63,506 bases of DNA, filler included, from Craspedostauros australis (GCA_030167865.1; 5 parts of 5 records of this genome joined end to end with filler, not necessarily neighbours in it), one strand, 5' to 3'; positions 1 through 9,909 are shown, counted from the first letter of the whole stretch. Notes: generated by a model from the letters alone, not told the origin. A program made the numbers and translations.

Positions 1-3000
1 ATCGTCACCGCCGCGATAGCATATGACGACCCCATTACATATCAAACATTCATTCTTTTCTTTCCACAATCGATCTACTTTCCTCGTCTTGTGAATCCGT
101 TATTGTGCCCGAACCAAATGCGAGCTGCAGGCATAGTTGTTAATGATGTTCCATTGCTCATGTTACATGAGAATGAACGGAAACCGGAAGACCACTCTGT
201 GGTCGCGTCCGACAACGACCTGCACATCCCATTACGGTTACAAGGTACCATCTCCTATTTCCATACCAGGAAACCGACACAACAAGAAGTCCAGTCGGAT
301 CGAGACTGCATACATGTGGTCATGACACAGGATGCTGTATGGGACCCAGAACAGTGGTCCTCAGGGGACGATGAGGATGCGATACGAGCATCCATGCAAC
401 CCATATCATACATGTCATCCAACATCGACGTTCGGGGTATCCGTTCCATTCGTGGTACCAATACATCCAACCGAAGACCGACGATTCAACCAGACGTCCT
501 CGCAAAACGATGGCGTATCGGCGTCGACGCTGCGACACGCACACTACAAGCGACCACACAACTGGCAACACGTGACTTTCAGCATACATCAGGCACACGA
601 CGGCTCAATCCGTACGCTGCCCAGCTGCGATACCGTCGTCTCAACACGCAGCTATATGCTGACACCATGCATGCCAAAACCAAATCCATCCGTGGCAACA
701 AGTTTGCATTGATCTACTGTACTCCGTTTCACTGGGTCCGAGTATACCCTGTGGCGGAGCGCAAGCAAGCGCATCTAACACTTGACGAACTGTTTCGCAA
801 CCATGGCATTCCGCACACACTCATTCCAGACAACGCAAAGGAGCTCGTTGCAGGAGAGTTCCGACGCAAACTACAAAGAGCACAGGTGTCCATACGCCCC
901 ATCGAAGCGTACATCCACAACCAGAACAAGGCTGAAGCCACCATCCGTGAACTACGTCGCCACTACCGTCGTCTGATGACGTCCACCGATACACCTGAAT
1001 ACCTCTGGGACTACTGTCTCGAGTATTGTGCAGAAATACGAAGCCATACCGCACTCTCCATACACGACCTACACGGCGAGACACCGGCTACAATCCTATC
1101 CGGTGACACCGCCGACATATCACATATTGCTGAATTCGGGTGGTTCGATTTTGTGTGGTACATCAATCCACAAGACATGGCGATGAATGTCAAGCAACTC
1201 GGTCGATACTTGGGGCCAAGCCACTCCGTTGGCGAGGCCATGTGCTCGTATATCCTCACCGCCAATGGCATCGTTGTTTCGAAATCCTCTGTCCTACCTC
1301 TTTCACATGACGACACTAACAACGAAGTCCTCGAACACAAACGCACCGAATTCATGAATACGTTACGATCCAAATGGAACAAACGCATGGAAGGCGTCGT
1401 GATCGAAGATGACGGTGACGATGTTGATGATACGGCCGAGGACATCGCATTCCTGCAACATACCGCACCACTGGAATCCATCATGGAGCCAGACGACGTA
1501 TCCAGCGAAGCATTTGACAAATACATCACAACGAAAGTCCTGCTGCCAACAGGGGACGAACTGCAATACGGCACCGTCAAGAAACGCAAACGCGATGCTG
1601 ATGGACAGCTCCTCGGACATTCTCATACCAATCCAATGCTTGACACTGCTCAGTATGAGGTCGAATTCCTTGACGGGCACTATGAAGTGTTCAGCGCGAA
1701 CCAAATCGCAGAGAACATATATGCTCGTGTGGATGATGATGGATACTCAACCATGTTGATGGACGAGATTGTCGATCATCAACGTTTGCCTTCTGTTGCT
1801 TCTCCTTCTTCTCACTCTAAATCCACGAAAGGCTGGAAGCTGTGTATCCGTTGGAAGGATGGGTCGACATCATGGATCCATCTCCGTGATGCCAAAGAAG
1901 CAGATCCTGTCCGTGTCGCGGAATACGCAGAAGCCAACCGACTCACCAACGAACCCGCCTTCAAGTGGTGGGTGCCCTACACACTACGTAAACGACAACG
2001 CATCATCCAATCCATCAAACGACGGCGTGTCCGGAAGAACGAAATGTTTGGTGTCGAACTACCCAACTCCGTACGACATGCTCTTGCCATCGATGCAGCA
2101 ACAGGAACCGATCTATGGCGCAAGGCCATCGAGAAGGAAATGAAAGCTGTACGACCTGCCTTCGATATCAAACAGACCGACACACCAGATCCCATCGGAT
2201 ATCAGTATATGGAATGTCACATGATCTTCGCCGTCAAAGTGGATCTCACCAGAAAGGCTCGATTGGTCGCTGGGGGACATATGACGGAACCTCCAGCCTC
2301 CATCACATACGCGAGTGTGGTATCTCGCGAGAGCGTCCGGATTGCGTTCATGCTGGCTGCTCTCAACGACCTGGACATACTCGCCGCAGACGTACAGAAC
2401 GCGTATCTCAACGCACCATGCCGAGAGCGCATCTACACACGTTGTGGACCAGAGTTTGGGTCGGATCAGGGCAAGCTGGCGATCATCTGCAAAGCCTTAT
2501 ACGGTCTGAAATCCAGCGGGGCGGCGTGGAGGTCACATTTGGCAGACACATTACGTGATTCGTTGGGTTTCACATCCTGCCGCGCAGACAGCGACGTCTG
2601 GATGAAGCCTGCTGTGGCGAGCGATGGGTCAGAATATTACGAATACGTGCTTGTCTACACAGATGACATCCTCGCTGTGTCCAAACGTCCACAACGCATC
2701 CTTGATGCGATTGACTCTCACTTTTTCCTCAAACCCAGCTCCATCGGTCCTCCTTCTACTTACCTCGGTTCTACCATCGCACCTTTTCACCTCACTGCTG
2801 ATCCAACGCGTCCGAAATGGAGTATGGGATCACACGCATACATCAAGTCGGCCCTCAAGATAGTCACAAAATGGCTCACAGACCGAAAGGGGCGACTCAA
2901 GACCAAAGCACCAAGCGTTTTACCGAATGCATATCGACCCGAACTCGACGGATCGCAACTGTGTGATTCCGACGACACAACATTCTACCAACAATTGATC

Positions 3001-3735
3001 GGCATTCTACGATGGACGGTCGAACTTGGGCGCATTGACATATGCTGTGAAACGTCCATGATGGCATCATACTGTGTCGCGCCTCGCATCGGCCATCTTC
3101 ATGCCCTCTTTCATATGTTTGCATACTTGAAGACTCACGATCGTTCTCGCCTTGTTTTTGATGACGCATATATCGACAAACCGATGACAACACAACCAAA
3201 CTGGGCGGAGTTCTACCCTGACGCCCGAGAACAAATACCGGGCGACATGCCAAAGCCACGTGGAAAGGAGGTGCAAATGACGTGCTTCGTCGACGCTGAC
3301 CATGCGGGTGACCGCGTCACGAGACGCTCTCGCACTGGCGTTCTATTGTATTTGAATCGATCCCCCATTCTTTGGTACAGCAAGAAGCAAAACAGCATCG
3401 AAACCTCCACGTTCGGCAGTGAATTCACTGCTCTCAAGGTAGCCACCGAAATCGTCATCGGAATGCGATACAAGTTGCGCATGATGGGTGTTCCACTCGA
3501 TGGTCCTGCTGATGTCCGTGTGGACAACCAAAGCGTGGTGTATAACACATCCCTTCCTGCATCACAGCTCAGAAAGAAAGCCAATGCCATCGCCTACCAC
3601 TTCGTACGAGAAAGCATCGCTGCGGGTATACTTGTGATATCATTCGAACCATCAGAATCCAATTTGGCGGATATGCTCACCAAATCACAATCAGGACCAA
3701 AACGGAAGCAACAAGCTCAAGCGGTTCTTTTCTGA
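1..3735 (+). CDS. pol: Copia Pol polyprotein (protease tail, integrase, chromodomain-like segment, reverse transcriptase, RNase H); 5'-partial
   Basis: Frame is open from base 1 (IVTAAIAYDDP...LLCPNQMR). Integrase D-D-E: YADT 661, PDNAKE 829, NKAE 934. RT motifs: KARLVAGGH, DVQNAYL, ALYGLKSSG, YTDD 2656. RNase H motifs: FVDADHAG, DNQSV, NLADMLTK. No stops or frameshifts. Confidence 0.96.
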   Translation: MVTAAIAYDDPITYQTFILFFPQSIYFPRLVNPLLCPNQMRAAGIVVNDVPLLMLHENERKPEDHSVVASDNDLHIPLRLQGTISYFHTRKPTQQEVQSDRDCIHVVMTQDAVWDPEQWSSGDDEDAIRASMQPISYMSSNIDVRGIRSIRGTNTSNRRPTIQPDVLAKRWRIGVDAATRTLQATTQLATRDFQHTSGTRRLNPYAAQLRYRRLNTQLYADTMHAKTKSIRGNKFALIYCTPFHWVRVYPVAERKQAHLTLDELFRNHGIPHTLIPDNAKELVAGEFRRKLQRAQVSIRPIEAYIHNQNKAEATIRELRRHYRRLMTSTDTPEYLWDYCLEYCAEIRSHTALSIHDLHGETPATILSGDTADISHIAEFGWFDFVWYINPQDMAMNVKQLGRYLGPSHSVGEAMCSYILTANGIVVSKSSVLPLSHDDTNNEVLEHKRTEFMNTLRSKWNKRMEGVVIEDDGDDVDDTAEDIAFLQHTAPLESIMEPDDVSSEAFDKYITTKVLLPTGDELQYGTVKKRKRDADGQLLGHSHTNPMLDTAQYEVEFLDGHYEVFSANQIAENIYARVDDDGYSTMLMDEIVDHQRLPSVASPSSHSKSTKGWKLCIRWKDGSTSWIHLRDAKEADPVRVAEYAEANRLTNEPAFKWWVPYTLRKRQRIIQSIKRRRVRKNEMFGVELPNSVRHALAIDAATGTDLWRKAIEKEMKAVRPAFDIKQTDTPDPIGYQYMECHMIFAVKVDLTRKARLVAGGHMTEPPASITYASVVSRESVRIAFMLAALNDLDILAADVQNAYLNAPCRERIYTRCGPEFGSDQGKLAIICKALYGLKSSGAAWRSHLADTLRDSLGFTSCRADSDVWMKPAVASDGSEYYEYVLVYTDDILAVSKRPQRILDAIDSHFFLKPSSIGPPSTYLGSTIAPFHLTADPTRPKWSMGSHAYIKSALKIVTKWLTDRKGRLKTKAPSVLPNAYRPELDGSQLCDSDDTTFYQQLIGILRWTVELGRIDICCETSMMASYCVAPRIGHLHALFHMFAYLKTHDRSRLVFDDAYIDKPMTTQPNWAEFYPDAREQIPGDMPKPRGKEVQMTCFVDADHAGDRVTRRSRTGVLLYLNRSPILWYSKKQNSIETSTFGSEFTALKVATEIVIGMRYKLRMMGVPLDGPADVRVDNQSVVYNTSLPASQLRKKANAIAYHFVRESIAAGILVISFEPSESNLADMLTKSQSGPKRKQQAQAVLF

Positions 3736-3921
3736 TCATTCCTTTGCGCAACAACATCCAGCGGGTGGTCGACTGTGGATACGTGCCATGGTCGATGGAT
3801 TGAGCGTCCTGTGGTGTCCAAACGTGGGGCATACAGCAGGTACATCCCAATACAGACCAAACTAAGACGATACGACGGCCAGCATAGCCACCGCGAATCG
3901 AGGGGACCAAACCAGGATGCA

Positions 3922-4049
3922 TGTGAAACGGTTAAATCGGCGTTACAACGTGGACACAGGTGTCAACCAATCAGGTAGCAACAGCCACGTAACTCAGCGT
4001 GCAAGAAGGTCTCCATAATACTCATAATCTGCGTTCGTACGCTTTCACA
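3922..4049 (+). repeat. Candidate 3' LTR (128 bp)
   Basis: Bounded by a perfect 7-bp inverted repeat TGTGAAA (3922-3928) / TTTCACA (4043-4049), giving TG...CA ends, 15 nt after a PPT-like GAGGGGA. The 5' LTR is not in the window, so this is unconfirmed. Confidence 0.4.
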
Positions 4050-4332
4050 ACACTTTTGGGTTTCATGCGTGTAATAACTTGCCATTTTCGGAATTCGCTT
4101 CTTCTTTGGCAGGCTTCCCTCACGTGCGAACCGGACATCGCACGACTGTGCAGATCATCCTTCCTCCCCCTCGTGGTGTCATGAACTGCCCACCCGATCT
4201 GGTCTTCCTCCTGGTCTTCCTTCTTGCTGTTGCTCCCTCCATCATTTGATTGCGCCACCTCACCTCCACTCTGCAACAACAACTTGACAGTCATCGCAGA
4301 GGCCGTGTTGACTTCTTGCGCAACTTCCCACC

Positions 4333-7300
4333 ATGTCGCTGCGCGCAACGGCGTTGGCAACCCTGCCGTTGTTCAAGGCATCGTCCAAGCTACAACTGGA
4401 CCAGGTCACCGCAGAGAGCAGCAATCAGGATCACGCCAGGACGAACGCGGCGCAGGTGAAGTCGGTCGTCATCCAATCCTCGGATGCTTCGCTCATTGAG
4501 GCACACAATGATGATGATGATGATGATGATCCTAATGTCATGCTGTCGGGGACGTTCGAGATGGAAAGCGACAGCGACGACGACGACGATGATGTCACAT
4601 TGGATTCCTTGCCAGACTGGGAGGGTGCAGATGCCATGGACAGCGACTCCAACAAGGAGATGGAGGTGAAGGAGAGTCAAGTTGAGAATCGTGGTCCTCT
4701 CGCGGAGCCGTCCATTGAGCATCCGCAGAGTGGACAAGATCGCAAAGTGGAAGCAGAGATCATCGGAGTCCAACCAACGCAGCAGACATCTCAGGTTCCC
4801 ACGAATAGCAGCGCTTCGGCGGATTCATCATCATTGACAGGCAAGGGGCCGAGCAAGCACGCAGCTCAGGAAGTAGCGAAGGAATTGGCCGAGGAACCAA
4901 TTGAACGATCAATTGAGGAACCAGCCAAGGAACCTGCCGAGCAAACGAATGAACCAGGAGAGGCGAAGCAGCCAGCCGAACAGGCAAACGTACAGGTCAA
5001 TGGCACCGCTGTCAAGCAAGTCCCACAACAACCGCGTCAGGAAGCAGCTGGACCGCAGGCTGTCGAACAGTCCACTGAGCAACAGCCAGACAAACCATCA
5101 GCCGATTCACCTGTTGACAACGCAACGGAACAGTTAAATGAAACACCGACCACCGAGAAACCCGCCAAGACACCAAGCAAGAAGTCAAAGAGTCAGCAGA
5201 GAACGGGGGCCCCACCTGCCAAGCAACACAAGTCTCAGCAAACCAAGGAAAGCACCAAGGAAAGTACCAAGGATAGCACCAAGGAACAGTTAATGAAACA
5301 AACGAAGGAGGAAGCAAAGAAACCACCAAAGGAGAAGGCAGAAGAAAAGTCCAAGCAAACAACCAAACGATCATCGGTCGACGACATTTTTGTGTCAACC
5401 TTCGAGAAGATGGAGGCTGCGCGGGATCCGCTCGTCGCCGATGATGTCGTCAAGAAGGCGGCCAGCGACGCCTTCCGCATCCTCACCGTCTTCGCCACGG
5501 TCGATCCGGTCTCCACCTTGCACGAGTACTACCAAACGAAAGGCTACAACACCGTCACCAACTGCTTTCATTCTTCCTCGCTCCAAGCCCGGCCCGTCGT
5601 ATTGCGTCACACAACTTTCACCTGTCCCATCTCCAAAGAAACGGTGCCGTGCAAGCTGCCCCTCGCCCTGGTGTTCGGCAACCTTCCCACCGACGATCTG
5701 GCAGAACTCACGCAGCGAGTCATCGGCAAGTACCAGTTCCACACGGACGGCAAGGTGTACTTCACCACCAAACGGGGTGCCAAGAGAAGCGCCGCCGTGG
5801 CCCAGCTCCTCACGTTTCCGCACGATTACATTTGGAACCTCGCCAAAAAGACAGCCGCCACATCCCCAATCAAGCCAAGCAGCGTCTCGCGCAACATCAT
5901 GGGCGGTGCATCGATCAGCCAGGGAACATCCGCCGACGATGTCATACTGGTGGAGTCGCAGCAGGAAGCATCCAGCGCTCTCCTCAAAGGCACGGACGTT
6001 CAATTCCCGGACGTGTCCCGGCTCGATGGACGCCATTTCGCATCGTGGGTGCACGATCTCTACGGGATCGGGATCCGGAAGGCGACCATATCCTACCACG
6101 AAGTCCTCCCGCAGGCAACGCAAACAAGCAAGCCGCGTCCTGGCAAGCGGACACAGAAAACGAAGGCGCCTCAGCCTGCAGTGGACGTATCGCCAGCGCA
6201 GGATCTGGTGTGGAAGGCACGTCCAACATTGATCCGGTGCACGATTCAGATCGCTCATCCGAACCATATTGTTGTGATCGGGGCGCCATCATTCTCCAAG
6301 ATGGAAGCTAGACAGGATGCGGTCAACGAAATGAGGCAGGCGGTGCTGTCAGTGTCCGTTGCGAACAACACATCCCAGACCAAGACGGCAACCAAGAAAA
6401 AGAATGATGCGGCAAAGAACAAGAGCAAAAAGAACGAGAACACCAAAGGCAACAGCAACAGCAGTGGCGACAAGGGGAACGGCAACGGTGCCGTGAACTC
6501 TGATCCAACCACAATCGAAGCAGCAACCACGGACGCCCCCACTCCCGCCGCTGCCTCCTCTCCCCCGTCACACAAAGAAATCAACAAAGGAATTCTGAAA
6601 GAAAAAGATGAGCTGCGCAATTCCGATGGACAACAGGCCGAGTACGTGTACCCGCTCCCAAAATGGTCCACCCAACGCATCACATCTGCGACGCCTGTGC
6701 TCTACCTCTATGAGCTGCGCGTGCGAGATTACCATTTGGCACAGCCAAGCGTCAGGACCGCTATGCCTTGGATGAAGCATGGGGATCAACCCGAGAGCCG
6801 TTTTGGCGTTGTTTTTGCGAGCGACATCGTGCCTTCCACAGACATTCACTTCAGCCGCTTCGATGTCGCGCAGAAGATAGCGCCAGGGCGCAGCAGCAAC
6901 GGAACAAATCAGCGCACGGTCCCGTATCTCGTCGAGATGCGCAAACTCAAGGCGGTCAAGCTGACAGATGTGAGTACCATGCAATCAGCAGCACTTTCCT
7001 CCTGCGACGATACCATCGCCCATCTGGAGCAGTTCAACCAAAGGGTCTCGAACTACAAAACATACGCAATAACAGCTCTGAAGTCTACTTGTAGGTCGGG
7101 CAAGACCGCAAAGAAGAGAACAACTCAAGCATATTCGCCCTTGTCCCGCGGCTACATGTTCGTGCCGTTGAAGGCAAAGGTAGAGACACGACGTAGCCCC
7201 AGGGTCCGAAGCGACAGCGATGACATGAATCATGACCATGTCAACGACGATCTTGAGATCGATTGGGATCTGTTGGTGCAGGTATCTGAAAATCGCATGG

Positions 7301-9909
7301 TGCCCTATCTGAAGCAAGCCGCGTTCGTCAAAACGCTACAGACGCCCGACATATCACTGGTTCTCGCCGGCTTCATCATGCTTCTGGTGGCTCTGTGCGA
7401 GTGCAGTCCCACGATTCGGCAGCACACCATCGCGTGCTTCACAATCTCGATGGATAGCTGGGTGGACAACTTGTCCTGGAGCAAAGCTCCCTGGCTCGTT
7501 CCGATTGCGATCATCCTTTTCCTTTCATTCTATCCGCGACACGTTGCTCAAATGTCTTTCGATACGTTGCGCAATCGGATTGTGTTGATGGGGCTTCCAA
7601 AACAGAAATCGACTGTGTACATCGTCGACGGACAGAGTCAAGGTGATGCGCTGGCACCGCTCGAACATTATGCAAAGAACGACAAGGCCGTCCGCAAGCT
7701 GAAGGAGACCGCCGGCAATGAAGACCTTCTGATCTCCACGGAGATGTACATCATGCAACGTCACAAACTGCGCCTCAGTTTCCCCACGCTTAAGCTCATC
7801 GATGCGGACATGGTGGCAACGCAAACCGAATTCGATCCATTCCGGACCACCCAAAGGCCGAAGGGGCGGCGGCAGCAGCTCGTCCCTGAGCTCGTGCAAG
7901 CATTTCCCTTGCCGCGGGACATGCTGTACTGTCTGGGACTGGTGGATGCCATGATGCCATCCATCGAATGTGACATCACCGTCAAGCATGCGTGTCGATC
8001 ATTCCACACCATGGCAAGCAAGGTGCAAGGGCATCTTGCACTGGGCGAGAGCCGATCGAGATACATCCGTCAGCCGCACCCCAACGACCCGCGACTCCGA
8101 TCGTTGCCGAGTCTGGTGGACGAAGCCACGACGATGTATCCTTTCCTGCGATACCAGCGGTTGGAATTTCTGGGTGATGCGGTGCTGGGTTACTTCATCG
8201 CGATGAACATCTTCGCACGGAATTCCTCATTCAAATGGCTCTTCGAAGATCTTACCGAGCTATCGTCGCTGGCTGGAAAGAACAAGTCTCTGTACGATGG
8301 GGCGCTGCGTCTTGGTCTCAGTCGTTTGGTCAAGGCATGTGGCATCCCGTGGCACTCGCAGTTCGAAGACCCGAATCCAACAAGGAGGATGGGCAAGAAG
8401 AAGCGCCGAAGCCATCTGATCCAGGTCGTCCAAGACAAGTCGCTGAGTGACATTACGGAGAGCCTGCTGGGAACATGCTACCTACACGGGCTCGGAGCGC
8501 AGCAATCCTGGAAGGGTGACAATCTGGTCATCGCCATCATGGAACTGCTGTCTCTACCGCTACCCGACAGGGACGACGATGGCGCACCCCCTTCTCATAA
8601 TGACTCCAAGAGGAGCAAGACCAAGGGTGGCGGTGCCGCAGCGGATGGGATGGCTGCGACAGGCTGGTTCCGAGCGAAAAGTGGCTGCCTCGCCAACGGG
8701 TATCCATTCGATCTTGATTCGAAATGGCAGGAGCAGCTTGTGCACATGGGCACCGCCATACTCTGCGACAAGGAACTGTCATCAAAGTTGAAAGCATCTT
8801 ACAAACATACAATGGAGGTTGTGTCATCGTTATTGCAATCGACGAGTCAAGGCGGCGATGGTGACGGTGATGGTGACGGTGGCATTGAAGGGAAGGGAGA
8901 TTACGTCAAGATACTGGGACAGCTGAAGGGAAAGCGTTCGCGCCTTCTGATTCTCATCGCCCTGCTCGATGACGGTGTGAAGCGCATCCACAAGAATCCA
9001 AGCGGATACATTCGCAACAGCGCTGGTAATGGCGGCAGCGAGAGCAACATGCCAGCTGACAAGAGGATCGCTCGATTCCGCGATACTGTCTTTCATGTCG
9101 GCGCCTACGCCTTTCAGATGCTGATGACGGAAGAAATCCTTCGCCTTCACCCTGATGCCACGGCCGGCGATCTGAATCTCATTCGTACTGCCGCCATCAA
9201 CGACGACGTGTTGACATACATCGTTGTGAAGAACGAGCTCTTCGGCGACACCTTGGTCGGGAGGACCGGGAAGCATTGCGAGGCCTTCCGCGAATTGATA
9301 GATGAGGCCGATGCCAAGGGACAGGCGAGATGGAAAGAGCACAACGGGTGGATGCTGCCGGGTGGTCGTGACGAATTCGTCAGACGCGTCGAGCTGCACT
9401 TTGGCCGCAAAAGTCTTCCTACCAATGGTGCCACCGCCGCTGCTGCTGCTGCCGCTGAAGGTGAAGTTGATGTTGATATTGATGATGAGAGTGATGCTGT
9501 TGTTGGGTTGGGCGAAACTTCGGCCAATGACGATAATAAGAATCAATGTCATGGCTCAGACCGGCCGAGCCAAACGGACGGATACGAACAGCATCAGCAA
9601 CACCTCAGCGTGGGACCACGCTATGCTGGCTTGGCATGCGGGCGGTTGGCAGGACATGATTTGAAAGTGAGCAAATGGAAGACGCAGGGCATCATGTTCA
9701 CATTCAAATGCTTCGTCGGTTCGCTCGTGCTGTCGGTGGGCACGGAGGGCACATGGAGAGTGCTCGGTCCGCTGTTCCAGGAGTTGCTGGTTGTGTCGGC
9801 AGATGAATTGCGGACGGCGTATCCCAACAACCATTTCGCCAAGTGCTACACGAAGGGCAAGATGGAAGGAGGGAAGGTTGGCAAGCTGAAGAATGGAGTC
9901 TTCGATTGA
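4333..9909 (+). CDS. DCL: Dicer-like RNase III protein (low-complexity N-terminus, two dsRBD-like segments, PAZ-like region, RNase IIIa, degenerate RNase IIIb; no helicase), 1858 aa
   Basis: RNase III signature YQRLEFLGDAVL (8152-8187) and SDITESLLG (D at 8449, E at 8458). Second RNase III-like block FRDTVFHVGAYAF...HPDATAGDLNLIRTAAINDDVL...MFTFKCFVGSLVL. dsRBD-like DPVSTLHEYYQ...FTCP...TKRGAKRSAA and SKMEARQDA. PAZ-like C-terminal LVPELV. Confidence 0.85.
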   Translation: MSLRATALATLPLFKASSKLQLDQVTAESSNQDHARTNAAQVKSVVIQSSDASLIEAHNDDDDDDDPNVMLSGTFEMESDSDDDDDDVTLDSLPDWEGADAMDSDSNKEMEVKESQVENRGPLAEPSIEHPQSGQDRKVEAEIIGVQPTQQTSQVPTNSSASADSSSLTGKGPSKHAAQEVAKELAEEPIERSIEEPAKEPAEQTNEPGEAKQPAEQANVQVNGTAVKQVPQQPRQEAAGPQAVEQSTEQQPDKPSADSPVDNATEQLNETPTTEKPAKTPSKKSKSQQRTGAPPAKQHKSQQTKESTKESTKDSTKEQLMKQTKEEAKKPPKEKAEEKSKQTTKRSSVDDIFVSTFEKMEAARDPLVADDVVKKAASDAFRILTVFATVDPVSTLHEYYQTKGYNTVTNCFHSSSLQARPVVLRHTTFTCPISKETVPCKLPLALVFGNLPTDDLAELTQRVIGKYQFHTDGKVYFTTKRGAKRSAAVAQLLTFPHDYIWNLAKKTAATSPIKPSSVSRNIMGGASISQGTSADDVILVESQQEASSALLKGTDVQFPDVSRLDGRHFASWVHDLYGIGIRKATISYHEVLPQATQTSKPRPGKRTQKTKAPQPAVDVSPAQDLVWKARPTLIRCTIQIAHPNHIVVIGAPSFSKMEARQDAVNEMRQAVLSVSVANNTSQTKTATKKKNDAAKNKSKKNENTKGNSNSSGDKGNGNGAVNSDPTTIEAATTDAPTPAAASSPPSHKEINKGILKEKDELRNSDGQQAEYVYPLPKWSTQRITSATPVLYLYELRVRDYHLAQPSVRTAMPWMKHGDQPESRFGVVFASDIVPSTDIHFSRFDVAQKIAPGRSSNGTNQRTVPYLVEMRKLKAVKLTDVSTMQSAALSSCDDTIAHLEQFNQRVSNYKTYAITALKSTCRSGKTAKKRTTQAYSPLSRGYMFVPLKAKVETRRSPRVRSDSDDMNHDHVNDDLEIDWDLLVQVSENRMVPYLKQAAFVKTLQTPDISLVLAGFIMLLVALCECSPTIRQHTIACFTISMDSWVDNLSWSKAPWLVPIAIILFLSFYPRHVAQMSFDTLRNRIVLMGLPKQKSTVYIVDGQSQGDALAPLEHYAKNDKAVRKLKETAGNEDLLISTEMYIMQRHKLRLSFPTLKLIDADMVATQTEFDPFRTTQRPKGRRQQLVPELVQAFPLPRDMLYCLGLVDAMMPSIECDITVKHACRSFHTMASKVQGHLALGESRSRYIRQPHPNDPRLRSLPSLVDEATTMYPFLRYQRLEFLGDAVLGYFIAMNIFARNSSFKWLFEDLTELSSLAGKNKSLYDGALRLGLSRLVKACGIPWHSQFEDPNPTRRMGKKKRRSHLIQVVQDKSLSDITESLLGTCYLHGLGAQQSWKGDNLVIAIMELLSLPLPDRDDDGAPPSHNDSKRSKTKGGGAAADGMAATGWFRAKSGCLANGYPFDLDSKWQEQLVHMGTAILCDKELSSKLKASYKHTMEVVSSLLQSTSQGGDGDGDGDGGIEGKGDYVKILGQLKGKRSRLLILIALLDDGVKRIHKNPSGYIRNSAGNGGSESNMPADKRIARFRDTVFHVGAYAFQMLMTEEILRLHPDATAGDLNLIRTAAINDDVLTYIVVKNELFGDTLVGRTGKHCEAFRELIDEADAKGQARWKEHNGWMLPGGRDEFVRRVELHFGRKSLPTNGATAAAAAAAEGEVDVDIDDESDAVVGLGETSANDDNKNQCHGSDRPSQTDGYEQHQQHLSVGPRYAGLACGRLAGHDLKVSKWKTQGIMFTFKCFVGSLVLSVGTEGTWRVLGPLFQELLVVSADELRTAYPNNHFAKCYTKGKMEGGKVGKLKNGVFD

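Larger units (their letters stand above)
1..4049 (+). mobile_element. Ty1/Copia LTR retrotransposon (diatom CoDi-like), 5' part outside window
   Basis: Uninterrupted pol ORF in Copia order (INT-RT-RNase H), followed by a purine tract GAGGGGA (3900-3906) and a candidate short 3' LTR. The right boundary is tentative. Confidence 0.93.

Noticed and set aside
5395..6311. Long overlapping ORFs (5390-6232 +, 5395-6267 -, 5649-6311 +) inside the Dicer-like gene
   Set aside because: Shadow frames of GC-rich coding sequence with no recognisable motifs.
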